A stretch of DNA of 64,000 nucleotides from a virus. Taxonomy: Duplodnaviria; Heunggongvirae; Uroviricota; Caudoviricetes. The stretch covers positions 362,321-426,320 of the IMG/VR virus record IMGVR_UViG_3300020156_000001; one strand, written 5' to 3'. The notes under the pieces were generated by a model that saw nothing but the letters and a program-made list of their open reading frames with translations, did not search any database and was not told the DNA's origin. Below, piece after piece: positions 20,157 through 30,508 of the stretch (the first letter of the stretch is position 1; every line of letters begins with the position of its first letter). The position numbers and the translations under genes are program-made.

Positions 20157-20755
20157 AGCGTGCCTCCGCTGAGCTTTCTCAGCATTTGGAACTTTTTGAA
20201 TTCTTCTTCCAAATGGCGATTGTTTTCGATGTCTTCCATTAGATCATCCCAAAGCAGCGCATATGCACCCATGTGGTCAATTGCGGCCTTGTAGCGGGAA
20301 ATCATATTGCGAAGCTTGCCTTCGAGTTCATCGGTTGTTTCCAACTTGAGTTCAAGTTGTACACCATCAGGAACAAAGTGGCGATCATCGAGTTCAAGCT
20401 GGTAATTATCCTCTTCTACCTCGTCTTGATCCCAACCCTCATAAGAACCATCAGTGTAAAAGCCAAACTTCTGACGGACACGGTCTTGGGTTAGAAACCC
20501 ATTGTGATACTTCATATAGTGACGACCACGCAAACGATCGCGGGCACTTGCGCCAGATTTGCGAGCACTACCTACGGAGCCAACGCTGCCATAACCTTTT
20601 CTTGCCATTAATTTGTTCCTTAAAGAAAAAACACTACCTGTGGGTCCGGTCATTGGCGATACGCCAACTGTGGATGGAGCAATAGTTGAAGGCGCAACTT
20701 TTCTTAACAAGCTTATCGCTTTGTTCCATTTATTCTGGTATCGATTAGACCGCAT
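20153..20755 (-). CDS. Hypothetical protein with an N-terminal gp23 (major capsid)-like fragment
   Basis: LLRKVAPSTIAPSTVGVSPMTGPTGSVFSLR resembles the T4-like gp23 motif GVQPMxxPTGxxFxxR. Confidence 0.55.
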   Translation of the reverse strand: MRSNRYQNKWNKAISLLRKVAPSTIAPSTVGVSPMTGPTGSVFSLRNKLMARKGYGSVGSVGSARKSGASARDRLRGRHYMKYHNGFLTQDRVRQKFGFYTDGSYEGWDQDEVEEDNYQLELDDRHFVPDGVQLELKLETTDELEGKLRNMISRYKAAIDHMGAYALLWDDLMEDIENNRHLEEEFKKFQMLRKLSGGTL

Positions 20756-20785
20756 GAAAATACCTGGTATATTGCTATACCAGGT

Positions 20786-20815
20786 ACTCTAACTTATAGG
20801 GTTAATGAGCGTCAA
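20786..20815 (-). promoter_or_regulatory. Sigma70-type promoter
   Basis: TTGACG-N18-TAGAGT on the minus strand. Confidence 0.5.
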
Positions 20816-20816
20816 T

Positions 20817-21083
20817 TTATATTAACTGGGTCCGAGATTCCATTTCCGGAGTATGCTCGAGAGCAGCGATAATAATTGCTGCGGCTTTTATCAGCGCGTC
20901 TTCAAAATCTTCGCGGAGTGGTGCAATACCCTTTGCGCGAACTTCCCTACTAACGTAGTGGTTGATTAGAGCAACCCAATCCCCGGGACTATTTTGAGAG
21001 TCCCACTCTGAACCTGGAAGTTCAAATTGACGTTCACGCTCGGTGCGGATCTTCTCAATAATAGTCTCGAGGTTTTGACTCAT
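20817..21083 (-). CDS. Hypothetical protein (possible MazG-like helical fold)
   Basis: IRTERERQ...LIKAAAIIIAALE pattern; TAATG coupling. Confidence 0.5.
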   Translation of the reverse strand: MSQNLETIIEKIRTERERQFELPGSEWDSQNSPGDWVALINHYVSREVRAKGIAPLREDFEDALIKAAAIIIAALEHTPEMESRTQLI

Positions 21084-21754
21084 TAAGCTTCTGCCTTCTT
21101 AGTACGCGAACGCTTTGCCTTCACTTCCTTGAGAACTTCCGCAGCTTGTTCAGGTGCAGCCGCAGCTACGTCAACTTTAACCGCTACAGGAGCAGCCACT
21201 GGACGCAAAGCAGGGTAAATCTCGTATGCGGACTCGCGCTTACGTGCAGCCTCTTCCGTGAGCATCTGTGCTTCTAGAAGGATGTTAGATGCGATTTGGT
21301 ACTTTTCGTTGTTGCGGTCGATTGCCTGGTTTTCAACGATACGGTTATCGCGATATTCAGTTGTCTTAACTTCTTCCACTGGAGGAGCGGATTCAGTTGT
21401 GGACTTGCCCATCATCTTGAGCAATTCAGGCAGCGCAATTGGACGGTTTGGCTGTGGCAGCATCAGCACGTTTGCAACTGGAACAGCCTGCAACGCATTG
21501 TTTGCGTGAAGTGTTGCCAGCATGTTTTCACCCGAGTAAGGCATAACACGACGACCAAGTAGATCGCCTAGGTTTGCAACGGCTTGACCTTCACCTTCAA
21601 CAACCGCCATGAGATCATCATGAAAACGATGTGGAAGGGCGTCTGTGTCGATTACCAGTGCGTGGTCTTCACGGCCTGGAATCTGCATGAACACAACAAC
21701 TAGACGGCGGTCTGTGTTTGTGGTCTTGCCAATGTGTCTCTTAATTTCGGACAT
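21083..21754 (-). CDS. Phage hypothetical protein
   Basis: AAGGAG SD; 223 aa with an Ala/Lys-rich tail. Confidence 0.7.
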   Translation of the reverse strand: MSEIKRHIGKTTNTDRRLVVVFMQIPGREDHALVIDTDALPHRFHDDLMAVVEGEGQAVANLGDLLGRRVMPYSGENMLATLHANNALQAVPVANVLMLPQPNRPIALPELLKMMGKSTTESAPPVEEVKTTEYRDNRIVENQAIDRNNEKYQIASNILLEAQMLTEEAARKRESAYEIYPALRPVAAPVAVKVDVAAAAPEQAAEVLKEVKAKRSRTKKAEA

Positions 21755-21763
21755 TTGTTCTCC

Positions 21764-22018
21764 TTAAGCGTTCTTTGCCTTACGACGCGACGGCTTTGGT
21801 GCTTCAGCAACGGGCTCTTCGGCCGCAACTTCTTGCTCTTCGGCTGGAGCTTCGTCTGTTGGAATTGCAGCTAGAAAGCTTGCAACCTTATCACGAACCG
21901 CGCCAACTGCGGTAAGTTCTGAGCCTTTAAAGGCACCGCGTTCTGCGGCTGCATCGATGATCTTTACAACGTTTTGAAGATCCACAATGCCAATCTGGGG
22001 TGCTGCGGGTGCAGTCAT
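21764..22018 (-). CDS. Small conserved phage protein
   Basis: The DLQNVVKIIDAAAERGAFKGSEL motif occurs in small proteins of T4-like and jumbo phages. AAGGAG SD. Confidence 0.7.
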   Translation of the reverse strand: MTAPAAPQIGIVDLQNVVKIIDAAAERGAFKGSELTAVGAVRDKVASFLAAIPTDEAPAEEQEVAAEEPVAEAPKPSRRKAKNA

Positions 22019-22050
22019 ATTGTTCTCCCTTAGGATTAAGATTATGTTGC

Positions 22051-22079
22051 ATTCTATAAATTAGGAACTGTAATGTCAA
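22051..22079 (-). promoter_or_regulatory. Sigma70-type promoter
   Basis: TTGACA-N17-TAGAAT. Confidence 0.7.
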
Positions 22080-22223
22080 TATTTTCAACAAGTTAGAATG
22101 ACTTACATCCTGCTTGCGCAATATGTGCGCTGTTTATTTAGCTGCAAAAAGGATAATCAAGTAGTTAATCAACCCGCAGGTATTGGTAAATATCCGAAAG
22201 TAACCGGCTTTAGGAGTTTATCA

Positions 22224-23576
<1,353 letters not shown>

Positions 23577-23592
23577 TAGATCATTTGACTAA

Positions 23593-23618
23593 TGAAACCC
23601 GGATTGCTCCGGGTTTCA
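23593..23618. terminator. Inverted repeat after the collagen gene (terminator or processing hairpin)
   Basis: tgaaacccgga-ttgc-tccgggtttca, with only a weak U-tract. Confidence 0.5.
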
Positions 23619-23640
23619 AGCACAAATTTGGAGAAACAAT

Positions 23641-24666
23641 ATGAGACATGGCGGAAATTACCTATCGGTAAATGCTACTAGAATGATTGGTAAGAAGAGC
23701 GAGCCCAAGCCTGGCCTTTATGTGCAGGGTAGTGATCGCAATCAATATCGTTCATATGATGAAGGGGTAACTTGGAGAAAATTTACAACAAATCGTACTA
23801 GTAATTTCTCTAGTATTGCTATGGGTAGCAATAAATTTGCAGTAGCTTCAGACGCAGCTGGTAATGGACACATTCGATATTCAGAGGATACCGGTCGAAC
23901 TTGGATTCAAGCCACAACTACGCCTGTGTATCTATCTAGTGTAGAACAAAACCATATGAAGTATTATCCAGATGACAATCTATTTTTGTTAACTGGAGGA
24001 AATACCTCCAATGCAAGCACGGTAACATTTTTTTATTCGATTGGTGGAAAAACTTGGACTGGAATGTCACCATTCAATTCCACATATGTTAGTGGTGGAA
24101 CTTATGGTAATGGTATTATAATCGCGGATTTTCATGGCGGATCAAGTACCCTTCCATTACGTTCCACAGATATGGGCCAATCATGGACACCTATTTCAGG
24201 TTCAGGAATGCCTAATTTGGATTATTCTGTTATGTTTTCTAAGCCATTGAACATGTGGGTAGCTAAAAGACGTGGCGGATCGGGAACTGGTACAAATATA
24301 TACTATTCAACAGATAATGGAGCCAATTGGACTGGAATTCCTTCAACTGCTGGACTTTGGACTAGTACGTCGGGTAGAGTTTTTTGGTCTAACGCTTTGA
24401 GCTGCTTTATTTTTCAGGAAAACCCTACCAGTACCGTAAAAAATAGATTTTTTACATCCAATGATGGTATCAATTGGACTTTGCGAACACTTTCAACCTC
24501 TATTACTGCGCTCTATAATAGCTTTGCAGAAAGTGAGCAAAACATATTTTTATACAATAGTTCCACAATACTCACCATTAATCCTGACTTCAGTTCCTCT
24601 GTGATGACCTTTAGTTCAAGTGTTCAAGGTGTAAGTATTAACGGCATGTCCTATTATGGTGGATAA
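23641..24666 (+). CDS. Asp-box/BNR repeat beta-propeller protein, putative receptor-binding protein
   Basis: Repeated SxDxGxxW motifs (RSYDEGVTW, YSEDTGRTW, RSTDMGQSW, YSTDNGANW, TSNDGINW). AT-rich. Confidence 0.75.
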   Translation: MRHGGNYLSVNATRMIGKKSEPKPGLYVQGSDRNQYRSYDEGVTWRKFTTNRTSNFSSIAMGSNKFAVASDAAGNGHIRYSEDTGRTWIQATTTPVYLSSVEQNHMKYYPDDNLFLLTGGNTSNASTVTFFYSIGGKTWTGMSPFNSTYVSGGTYGNGIIIADFHGGSSTLPLRSTDMGQSWTPISGSGMPNLDYSVMFSKPLNMWVAKRRGGSGTGTNIYYSTDNGANWTGIPSTAGLWTSTSGRVFWSNALSCFIFQENPTSTVKNRFFTSNDGINWTLRTLSTSITALYNSFAESEQNIFLYNSSTILTINPDFSSSVMTFSSSVQGVSINGMSYYGG

Positions 24667-24667
24667 G

Positions 24668-24696
24668 AAAAAGCCCGGAACAATCCGGGCTTTTTT
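24668..24696. terminator. Bidirectional rho-independent terminator
   Basis: aaaaagcccgga-acaa-tccgggctttttt between convergent genes. Confidence 0.8.
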
Positions 24697-24697
24697 A

Positions 24698-25255
24698 TTA
24701 CTTGTACTTTCCAAGAACCGTGACCAGCTTTGGGTCCCAGCCAATGTAGTCGACCCACGAGGCGTGTGGAACAACAATTGGATACTTGCGGGCTTTATCA
24801 ACAAGCTGATAGTAGGACGGCTTAACCGGCGCACGCGCTGGCTTCATCTTGTCGTAGTGTGCCTTTTTCAGATTGCACGGCATGCACGCGGCAACGATGT
24901 TCAACCAGTTGGTCTTACCACCGCTTGCACGCGGAACAACGTGGTCCTGAGTGAGCAGGCTATGATCGTGTGTGAAGTCCTGACCGCAATACTGGCACTT
25001 GTAGTCGTCGCGCAGTTTGATATTCTTGCCGTTGAACTTTAGTCCACGATTCACACTTTTGTACTCATGCATCAGCATGACCGCAGGCACGTTAAGGCTG
25101 AGCGTCGGGCTGGAAACTGTCCAATCCGAGTATTCCGCGATAACGTCAACACGCTCCTGATACATCAGCTTAATGGCATCTTGCCACTTTAGCGTGCTCA
25201 GAGGAACGTAGCCCATTGGCTGGGCATCTGCATTCAAAATCAAAGTGTGGGCCAT
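24698..25255 (-). CDS. HNH endonuclease (McrA-like)
   Basis: LRDDYKCQYCG...DHVVPRASGGKTNWLNIVAACMPCN. Confidence 0.9.
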   Translation of the reverse strand: MAHTLILNADAQPMGYVPLSTLKWQDAIKLMYQERVDVIAEYSDWTVSSPTLSLNVPAVMLMHEYKSVNRGLKFNGKNIKLRDDYKCQYCGQDFTHDHSLLTQDHVVPRASGGKTNWLNIVAACMPCNLKKAHYDKMKPARAPVKPSYYQLVDKARKYPIVVPHASWVDYIGWDPKLVTVLGKYK

Positions 25256-25352
25256 TGTACTCACCCATTTCCTGTTCTAGTTGCTCCTGTATTTATGGAG
25301 CACCAACATCCTTTAGTTAAAAGGCCGGAAAAGTCAAGCACTTTTACGACCC

Positions 25353-26636
25353 TTAATGAGCCGTAAAAGCCTTGATCTCCCACTGACCGTTTTCGTAGAT
25401 CACATGCGCAGTTGTTAGGTGGCCACCCTTACCCGAACCAGTGTCGAGAAAGGTTGCAGTTCCACCGTTTGTGCCATGCTCTACGAGCGGCTTGATATCC
25501 GACCGAATGTCGTGACCAACGATCACATGCTTGCCCCTGGGGATACGATTTACCCAAGTATAGATTCGGTTTGGATATCCATCCTCGCGCGGATTTGCCT
25601 GATCGGTTTCCCCATACAAGGCAATTCCTTCCAATCGCTTACTCAAACGATGGTCAGTGATCTTGAACATTTCGGGTTCAGCACCACCATGTGTGAGCAG
25701 AATGTCACCAAGCAAAATATGGTTTCGTGCCAAATTCAGCATAGCCGTATACTTGGCTTCAAACTTCTTTCGCTCACCGGCACTCAGCGCGGATACGAGG
25801 TTTGTTGTTGCGCGGTTACCATCGCTGAGAGTTAGCTTGATCGGAGTACCCTTCTCGCGAAACGCACGGTCCTGATTCAACCAACGCTCAATCTTCTTCT
25901 CGTGATTGCCCAGCGTCATCGACGCACGGCCACGGGAAATAAGATCATAAACGATATCCACGCAATCCAAGCTATGTGGACCATAATCGATCACATCGCC
26001 GAGAAAGATCATGTAAAGGTTGCGAGCAATTGCCCACTCGATAGCACTCTTGAGGCGTTCACGCATTCCGTGAACATCGCCGAGAACCATCGCTCCCTTA
26101 TATCCCAAGCCCAGGATGTGATTGGTTAGATCACCATTTGGACCCTTCCGAACAGCTTCGAAATTGTCCTTGCGCGTGTCAATAACTGTGGCAATGTTGT
26201 CGCCCATCAGGATGTCGCGTTCGTTTTGACGGAACGTTTCATCATGACGCTCAACAAGCCCAGGAACATTACTGCGCCAGCCTTGCGTTTGTAGCTTTTC
26301 TTCAAGCGGACGGTTTACGACAATGTAGAACATTGGTACGCCAAGTTCTCTGCCGATATCCGTTACACCCTTACGATCAGCCTTTTTGAGGTGCGTTGCA
26401 TCTACAACAACACGCTCACCAATGCTCAGCTTTGTGCGAACCCTATTATGCAGTTCGGAGAACACCAAAGGATTGATATCCTGACGGTTGAAATCTCCGA
26501 CCAACTCATGACGCAGGCCGTCACTTGCTACGACTTCATAATCCTCGAAGTGAGAGGCAATCACCGTGCTTTTGCCAGCGCCACTGGGGCCTACCATCAA
26601 CACGAGACTGTGGAGTGGAATCTTATGTGTCATCAT
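25353..26636 (-). CDS. Polynucleotide kinase-phosphatase (Pnkp N-terminal type, no ligase domain)
   Basis: P-loop GPSGAGKST and VVDATH, followed by metallophosphoesterase motifs GDVHG, GDVIDYG, GNHE and LDTG. Confidence 0.85.
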   Translation of the reverse strand: MMTHKIPLHSLVLMVGPSGAGKSTVIASHFEDYEVVASDGLRHELVGDFNRQDINPLVFSELHNRVRTKLSIGERVVVDATHLKKADRKGVTDIGRELGVPMFYIVVNRPLEEKLQTQGWRSNVPGLVERHDETFRQNERDILMGDNIATVIDTRKDNFEAVRKGPNGDLTNHILGLGYKGAMVLGDVHGMRERLKSAIEWAIARNLYMIFLGDVIDYGPHSLDCVDIVYDLISRGRASMTLGNHEKKIERWLNQDRAFREKGTPIKLTLSDGNRATTNLVSALSAGERKKFEAKYTAMLNLARNHILLGDILLTHGGAEPEMFKITDHRLSKRLEGIALYGETDQANPREDGYPNRIYTWVNRIPRGKHVIVGHDIRSDIKPLVEHGTNGGTATFLDTGSGKGGHLTTAHVIYENGQWEIKAFTAH

Positions 26637-26649
26637 GTTTCCACTTTAC

Positions 26650-26696
26650 ACTGGAACTGGAGGGGAGTCAACCAGTTCATCCCCTCCAGTTCCAGT
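26650..26696. repeat. Perfect 17-bp inverted repeat
   Basis: actggaactggagggga-N13-tcccctccagttccagt. Confidence 0.85.
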
Positions 26697-27230
26697 TTAA
26701 TCAATCGTTGCAATGCCTTGCGCATCAATGCTCAGGGTACCACGCTTGATTCGGATCGCGCCTTTGGTGCTTGGATTATCGGGCTGCTCTCGGGTGGTCC
26801 AAGGCGTATTACAATCAACGTGATGAACATAATAGGTCTTGCCTTTGGCTTTGATGATCCACATGGGGACAATCTCAGGAAACTCCAAATGCTTTTTGTT
26901 GAAGTGGAAGTCCATGTTACGGATATCCTCAACTACAAGCGGAAACGTTGCGTGCTGCTCAGCAATACCCTTGCGCATATTTTGGATGTTCTGCCAACGG
27001 ATCTTGCCCTCGCTTAGGATAGTCATGGCCTTTGCAGCCATTGCACGTTCTTGGCGCAAGTTGTTTTGTAGTTGACCCGCGATTGCTCCATCGCGCTGAG
27101 CATCTTTGGACATTTTCTTGAGCTTGCGAACTCGCTCGCTAACTTCCGCATAAAGAGACTTCCAGCTCTTTTGCCATACTTTGTATTCTTCCTTCGTCTT
27201 GAAGGTTGGCTTCATACCAAATGCGCTCAT
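26697..27230 (-). CDS. Hypothetical protein
   Basis: ATG 27230 has an ATGA overlap with the upstream gene; basic N-terminal helix. Confidence 0.65.
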   Translation of the reverse strand: MSAFGMKPTFKTKEEYKVWQKSWKSLYAEVSERVRKLKKMSKDAQRDGAIAGQLQNNLRQERAMAAKAMTILSEGKIRWQNIQNMRKGIAEQHATFPLVVEDIRNMDFHFNKKHLEFPEIVPMWIIKAKGKTYYVHHVDCNTPWTTREQPDNPSTKGAIRIKRGTLSIDAQGIATID

Positions 27231-27547
27231 CGTTCTACACTCCCACCGAATGTTAATTTGAAAAGCAGTGCGGAGTTCACATCGGAAAAATACCACATCT
27301 GCTGATTGCCAGCTACCCAATAAAATTGGGAGTTCTCTTTGCACCACTTCATCTTCTCGGTGTAAAACCGAGTATCGACGAGGCGAACACTACGATATCC
27401 AGGCCACATATCGCGAAGCTCTCGGCTCCACTTTTTGTCCTTCATCGTAGTTGAAGGGGGTGGAGACCACCCATCTTCGTCTTCCTGTTTTGGTGCTGTA
27501 ATGGCGCTTTTGTAAGCGTCCATTGCTACTTGCCATCGCTTGTTCAT
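27227..27547 (-). CDS. Hypothetical protein (FKL C-terminal motif family)
   Basis: Ends WYFSDVNSALLFKLTFG. Confidence 0.6.
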   Translation of the reverse strand: MNKRWQVAMDAYKSAITAPKQEDEDGWSPPPSTTMKDKKWSRELRDMWPGYRSVRLVDTRFYTEKMKWCKENSQFYWVAGNQQMWYFSDVNSALLFKLTFGGSVER

Positions 27548-28041
27548 CGGACAGCCTCAAATCGCTTAGTGATGTGATTTGCCTGTTCACGAGTGCATGG
27601 ACCAATACCAAGTGCGGTAATGATTGGGTCACCGGTGAAGTGAGGAAGCATCACATGCTTTTCATCGACGATAAGCGAGCAGATCAAACCTGCTTCCTTG
27701 GCAGCGTCATACGCCTTGAGGATTGCAGCTTCGTTTTTTGCTTTGAGGATGATTTGCGTGCCGATAAAGTCGGGACCCTGATAAGTCTCGTAGAGATGGG
27801 GTTCGTACTTTTGGGCGATGGCAATGCAGTTCTTCGCAGCGTGGCAGGCTTGGCTTGCCATTTTACCGGGCGTCATTTCGAGATCGCCGCGGATGATGCT
27901 ATAAACGCGAAGCTTATTGCTGGCTTCTTCAAACGACTCTGCGTCGTTGAAGTAGGCGGGAGATGCCGCCGGGAGGGAGTATTCAACAAGACCGTTGAAG
28001 GCCTTTACGCGAAGCTTGGATTCAACCTAGTTGTAAGTCAT
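27544..28041 (-). CDS. pth2: Peptidyl-tRNA hydrolase type 2, with in-frame TAG at codon 5
   Basis: Pth2 motifs YSIIRGDLEMTPGKMASQACHA and TALGIGP. AAGGAG SD before ATG 28041; TAG at 28027-28029; next in-frame ATG at 27876. Confidence 0.8.
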
Positions 28042-28107
28042 TTCGTTTTCTCCTTTGAACTGGTGTCCATCACCAGTAATCCACATATATAGCAGTTTTG
28101 GATATTG

Positions 28108-28467
28108 TCAACCGAACCGCAGCTTTAAAAGTGTAATCAAGCTCAACTGTTTTGCAAAGATAAACTTGTAACCAACGCTCCACACCCCATCTGGGTTGTA
28201 ACGGAGGTTACGATGGTTGAGTTCGGACTCATCAATGAAAGCCATAGGGTAATTGTCCGTGAGAAACGTTATAAGTTCGTTTTTCCGAGCCAAATACTCT
28301 GCGGTTTCATCATGCCCCCAGTTGAGAAGCGTACCCACTTCAACCATATAGGGGAAGATCAAGTGCAAAGCCGACAACGCTTCACCAGGCGTGTAAAGTT
28401 TACCCACGCTCATTTTGGGTGGGTTGTTAAGCGAAAAAATCGGCATAGACTTGTAGTCTTCTTCCAT
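28108..28467 (-). CDS. Hypothetical protein
   Basis: TAATG coupling; ends LLKLRFG. Confidence 0.55.
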   Translation of the reverse strand: MEEDYKSMPIFSLNNPPKMSVGKLYTPGEALSALHLIFPYMVEVGTLLNWGHDETAEYLARKNELITFLTDNYPMAFIDESELNHRNLRYNPDGVWSVGYKFIFAKQLSLITLLKLRFG

Positions 28468-28778
28468 TAGCTCCACCTTAGCCTAAACAGCATGGCATCC
28501 CTTGGATTCTCTATTACAACACCTACGCTGTAAGAGCAACCAGAATTCCAGCCAACATCCTTCCATCCACCGCGAGTGACATTATCGGTACACCACTCTC
28601 GGATTTCAGTAAGCTTCTTGTTGGTAAAGTTTGTGATCTTTAGCTGGTGCCAGCCTGGGAACTCATTGGCAATCCGCTCGGGGAAAGCCAGATCTTCCCA
28701 TTCATCATCTTGTAGATAGAACTCGTCTTCGTCGTCTTCGAGTTCGTCGTCTAGATTTATATTTGTGATATTGGTCAT
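28467..28778 (-). CDS. Hypothetical protein (FKL family)
   Basis: AAGGAG SD; ends ENPRDAMLFRLRWS. Confidence 0.65.
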   Translation of the reverse strand: MTNITNINLDDELEDDEDEFYLQDDEWEDLAFPERIANEFPGWHQLKITNFTNKKLTEIREWCTDNVTRGGWKDVGWNSGCSYSVGVVIENPRDAMLFRLRWS

Positions 28779-28905
28779 GTCGTTCTCCTTTGATACAATT
28801 GTGCGAGTAATCTCAAGCACAATGGCGGAGAACGAGACCGATGAAGCTACAAGTGGTGAAGTTTCTTATTCATGTTCATATTTATATACAAGTTTACCTG
28901 CTTTG

Positions 28906-29223
28906 TCAAATTACCTGTTTAGTAATCTCATAATCCTCAGGAATGTAAAGCTTGATCAGCATGAGGTCGGTGAGGTTTTTAAACAGGAATTGATTGCGAA
29001 TTTGCGCCCAACGACCCTCAGAGTTACGTTTCCAGTATAGACCGGTTGGCGAATATTCAGATCGTTCCAAGCGAATCATGGGCGGACCATATAGGTTGTA
29101 CAGGGTATTGGTAACCAACGCATAATCCGATGGATGCTTTTCCTTACCACGCATCCTAACTGTGTTACGTAAGCGAATACTATACGGAAGATTCTTACGC
29201 GCCCATGTTTCACTTTTACTCAT
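28906..29223 (-). CDS. Hypothetical protein
   Basis: Coupled ORF containing FKNLTDLMLIKL. Confidence 0.55.
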   Translation of the reverse strand: MSKSETWARKNLPYSIRLRNTVRMRGKEKHPSDYALVTNTLYNLYGPPMIRLERSEYSPTGLYWKRNSEGRWAQIRNQFLFKNLTDLMLIKLYIPEDYEITKQVI

Positions 29224-29543
29224 TGGAACCTCAACTTAAAAAGTACGGCATCAGCATGATGCTTAAAATAGAAATTGCTGCTAATGTGAAACCAGCTGCC
29301 ATTGGTTGAATACGCAGGATTGTCCTGCACATCTTTGACTAAGATAAACCCAATCGAACGAAGCAATTGTATATGGTAACGAGCTGGGCCGGCAAACTCC
29401 AAAACCTCTAACGCTACCCTATTTGGAAACTTTCCTGCCACCAACTTTATACAGTGGGGATAATGGGGTTCAACTTCTTCACGAAACTCACGTATTGAGC
29501 GAATGTCATCAGTTGGATTAGACAACCAACAACCCCCGCTCAT
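29220..29543 (-). CDS. Hypothetical protein (FKL family); start uncertain
   Basis: Ends FYFKHHADAVLFKLRFQ. Confidence 0.55.
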   Translation of the reverse strand: MSGGCWLSNPTDDIRSIREFREEVEPHYPHCIKLVAGKFPNRVALEVLEFAGPARYHIQLLRSIGFILVKDVQDNPAYSTNGSWFHISSNFYFKHHADAVLFKLRFQ

Positions 29544-29937
29544 AAGCGTTTCCAAGGATTGTGTTGTATACGTAGGAGTTTGGTGTTTTGCGTTTGAACC
29601 ACTCATCATCATTGCCCGTATGCATCTTTTGTAGCGCAGCGATCACCGCTGGACTGCGGCTCATGCCCGCGCTGCAATGGGCAACAAATAGCTGGACTTC
29701 GCTACGGTAGCGCGTGTAGAAGTTGATTACACGGATCGCTTGCTCATCAGTAAAGAGATCCATATCCTTGGTCACGCCGTTAATATCGTGAAACTCCAAG
29801 AACAAAACGTCTCGCGTAAATGAATTGGTTGCTGGATCTTGTCGCAGGGATCGCTCATCGCTAATGGAGATAATCACATGCGGAACTTGTGGGTCAATTT
29901 TAAGAATGGATCCACGATCTTCAACCTGAAACTTCAT
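29518..29937 (-). CDS. Protein tyrosine/dual-specificity phosphatase-like protein
   Basis: CX5R active site HCSAGMSRS, plus LEFHD and PN..VY motifs. Confidence 0.8.
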   Translation of the reverse strand: MKFQVEDRGSILKIDPQVPHVIISISDERSLRQDPATNSFTRDVLFLEFHDINGVTKDMDLFTDEQAIRVINFYTRYRSEVQLFVAHCSAGMSRSPAVIAALQKMHTGNDDEWFKRKTPNSYVYNTILGNAYERGLLVV

Positions 29938-30392
29938 TCAACTAGCTCCAACTCAGCGCCATTCATTTGTTCCACAGTAATAGAAAACACTCGCTTAGTA
30001 AATCTTTTATCACTACAGGAAACGATTTTGCACCAAATCTCACGGATCGTATTGTTGTGGCCGGTCTTCAACTGTCTAAGTTCAAACACGGTATCCTGTG
30101 GGAATGTGATTGTAACGGGTACCATTTCGCCATCATCGGCTTGAAACAATGGATTGGGTACCGTACGCTTCATAGTGCGTTCTTCGCGGATATAGTTGCC
30201 ATTGTCGTCGGTGAGAATTTTACCGCTTACAAAGTCGTATTTGTAATAGGAACCCAAGCTAACTTCTTTTGTACCAGTAAGCTTGAGTTCGCGGAACAAT
30301 ACGAGGTTCCGCTGGGTCCAATCGAGTTCAGGTTTCCACTCGCTTTGAACGCGGTAGGAATGCCCTACCTCGGGGATAAAAACAACAGCCAT
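29934..30392 (-). CDS. Hypothetical protein
   Basis: GAGG SD; upstream promoter TTGACT-N18-TAGGAT at 30424-30453. Confidence 0.6.
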   Translation of the reverse strand: MAVVFIPEVGHSYRVQSEWKPELDWTQRNLVLFRELKLTGTKEVSLGSYYKYDFVSGKILTDDNGNYIREERTMKRTVPNPLFQADDGEMVPVTITFPQDTVFELRQLKTGHNNTIREIWCKIVSCSDKRFTKRVFSITVEQMNGAELELVE

Positions 30393-30454
30393 AAGTTCCT
30401 CGAATTTTATTAGGATTTTATCTATCCTAACAATTCGGGAACTTGATAGTCAAT

Positions 30455-30487
30455 AAAAAGGGAGGCGTCCTATTTCATACGCCTCCC
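30455..30487 (-). terminator. Rho-independent terminator
   Basis: gggaggcgt...acgcctccc stem with a U-tract on the minus strand. Confidence 0.65.
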
Positions 30488-30508
30488 GCTCGCACCTGGC
30501 TGTACGCC

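Noticed and set aside
24698-25255. HNH as a mobile homing element
   Set aside because: It is a free-standing McrA-like HNH with its own late-type promoter and interrupts no gene, so mobility is unsupported.
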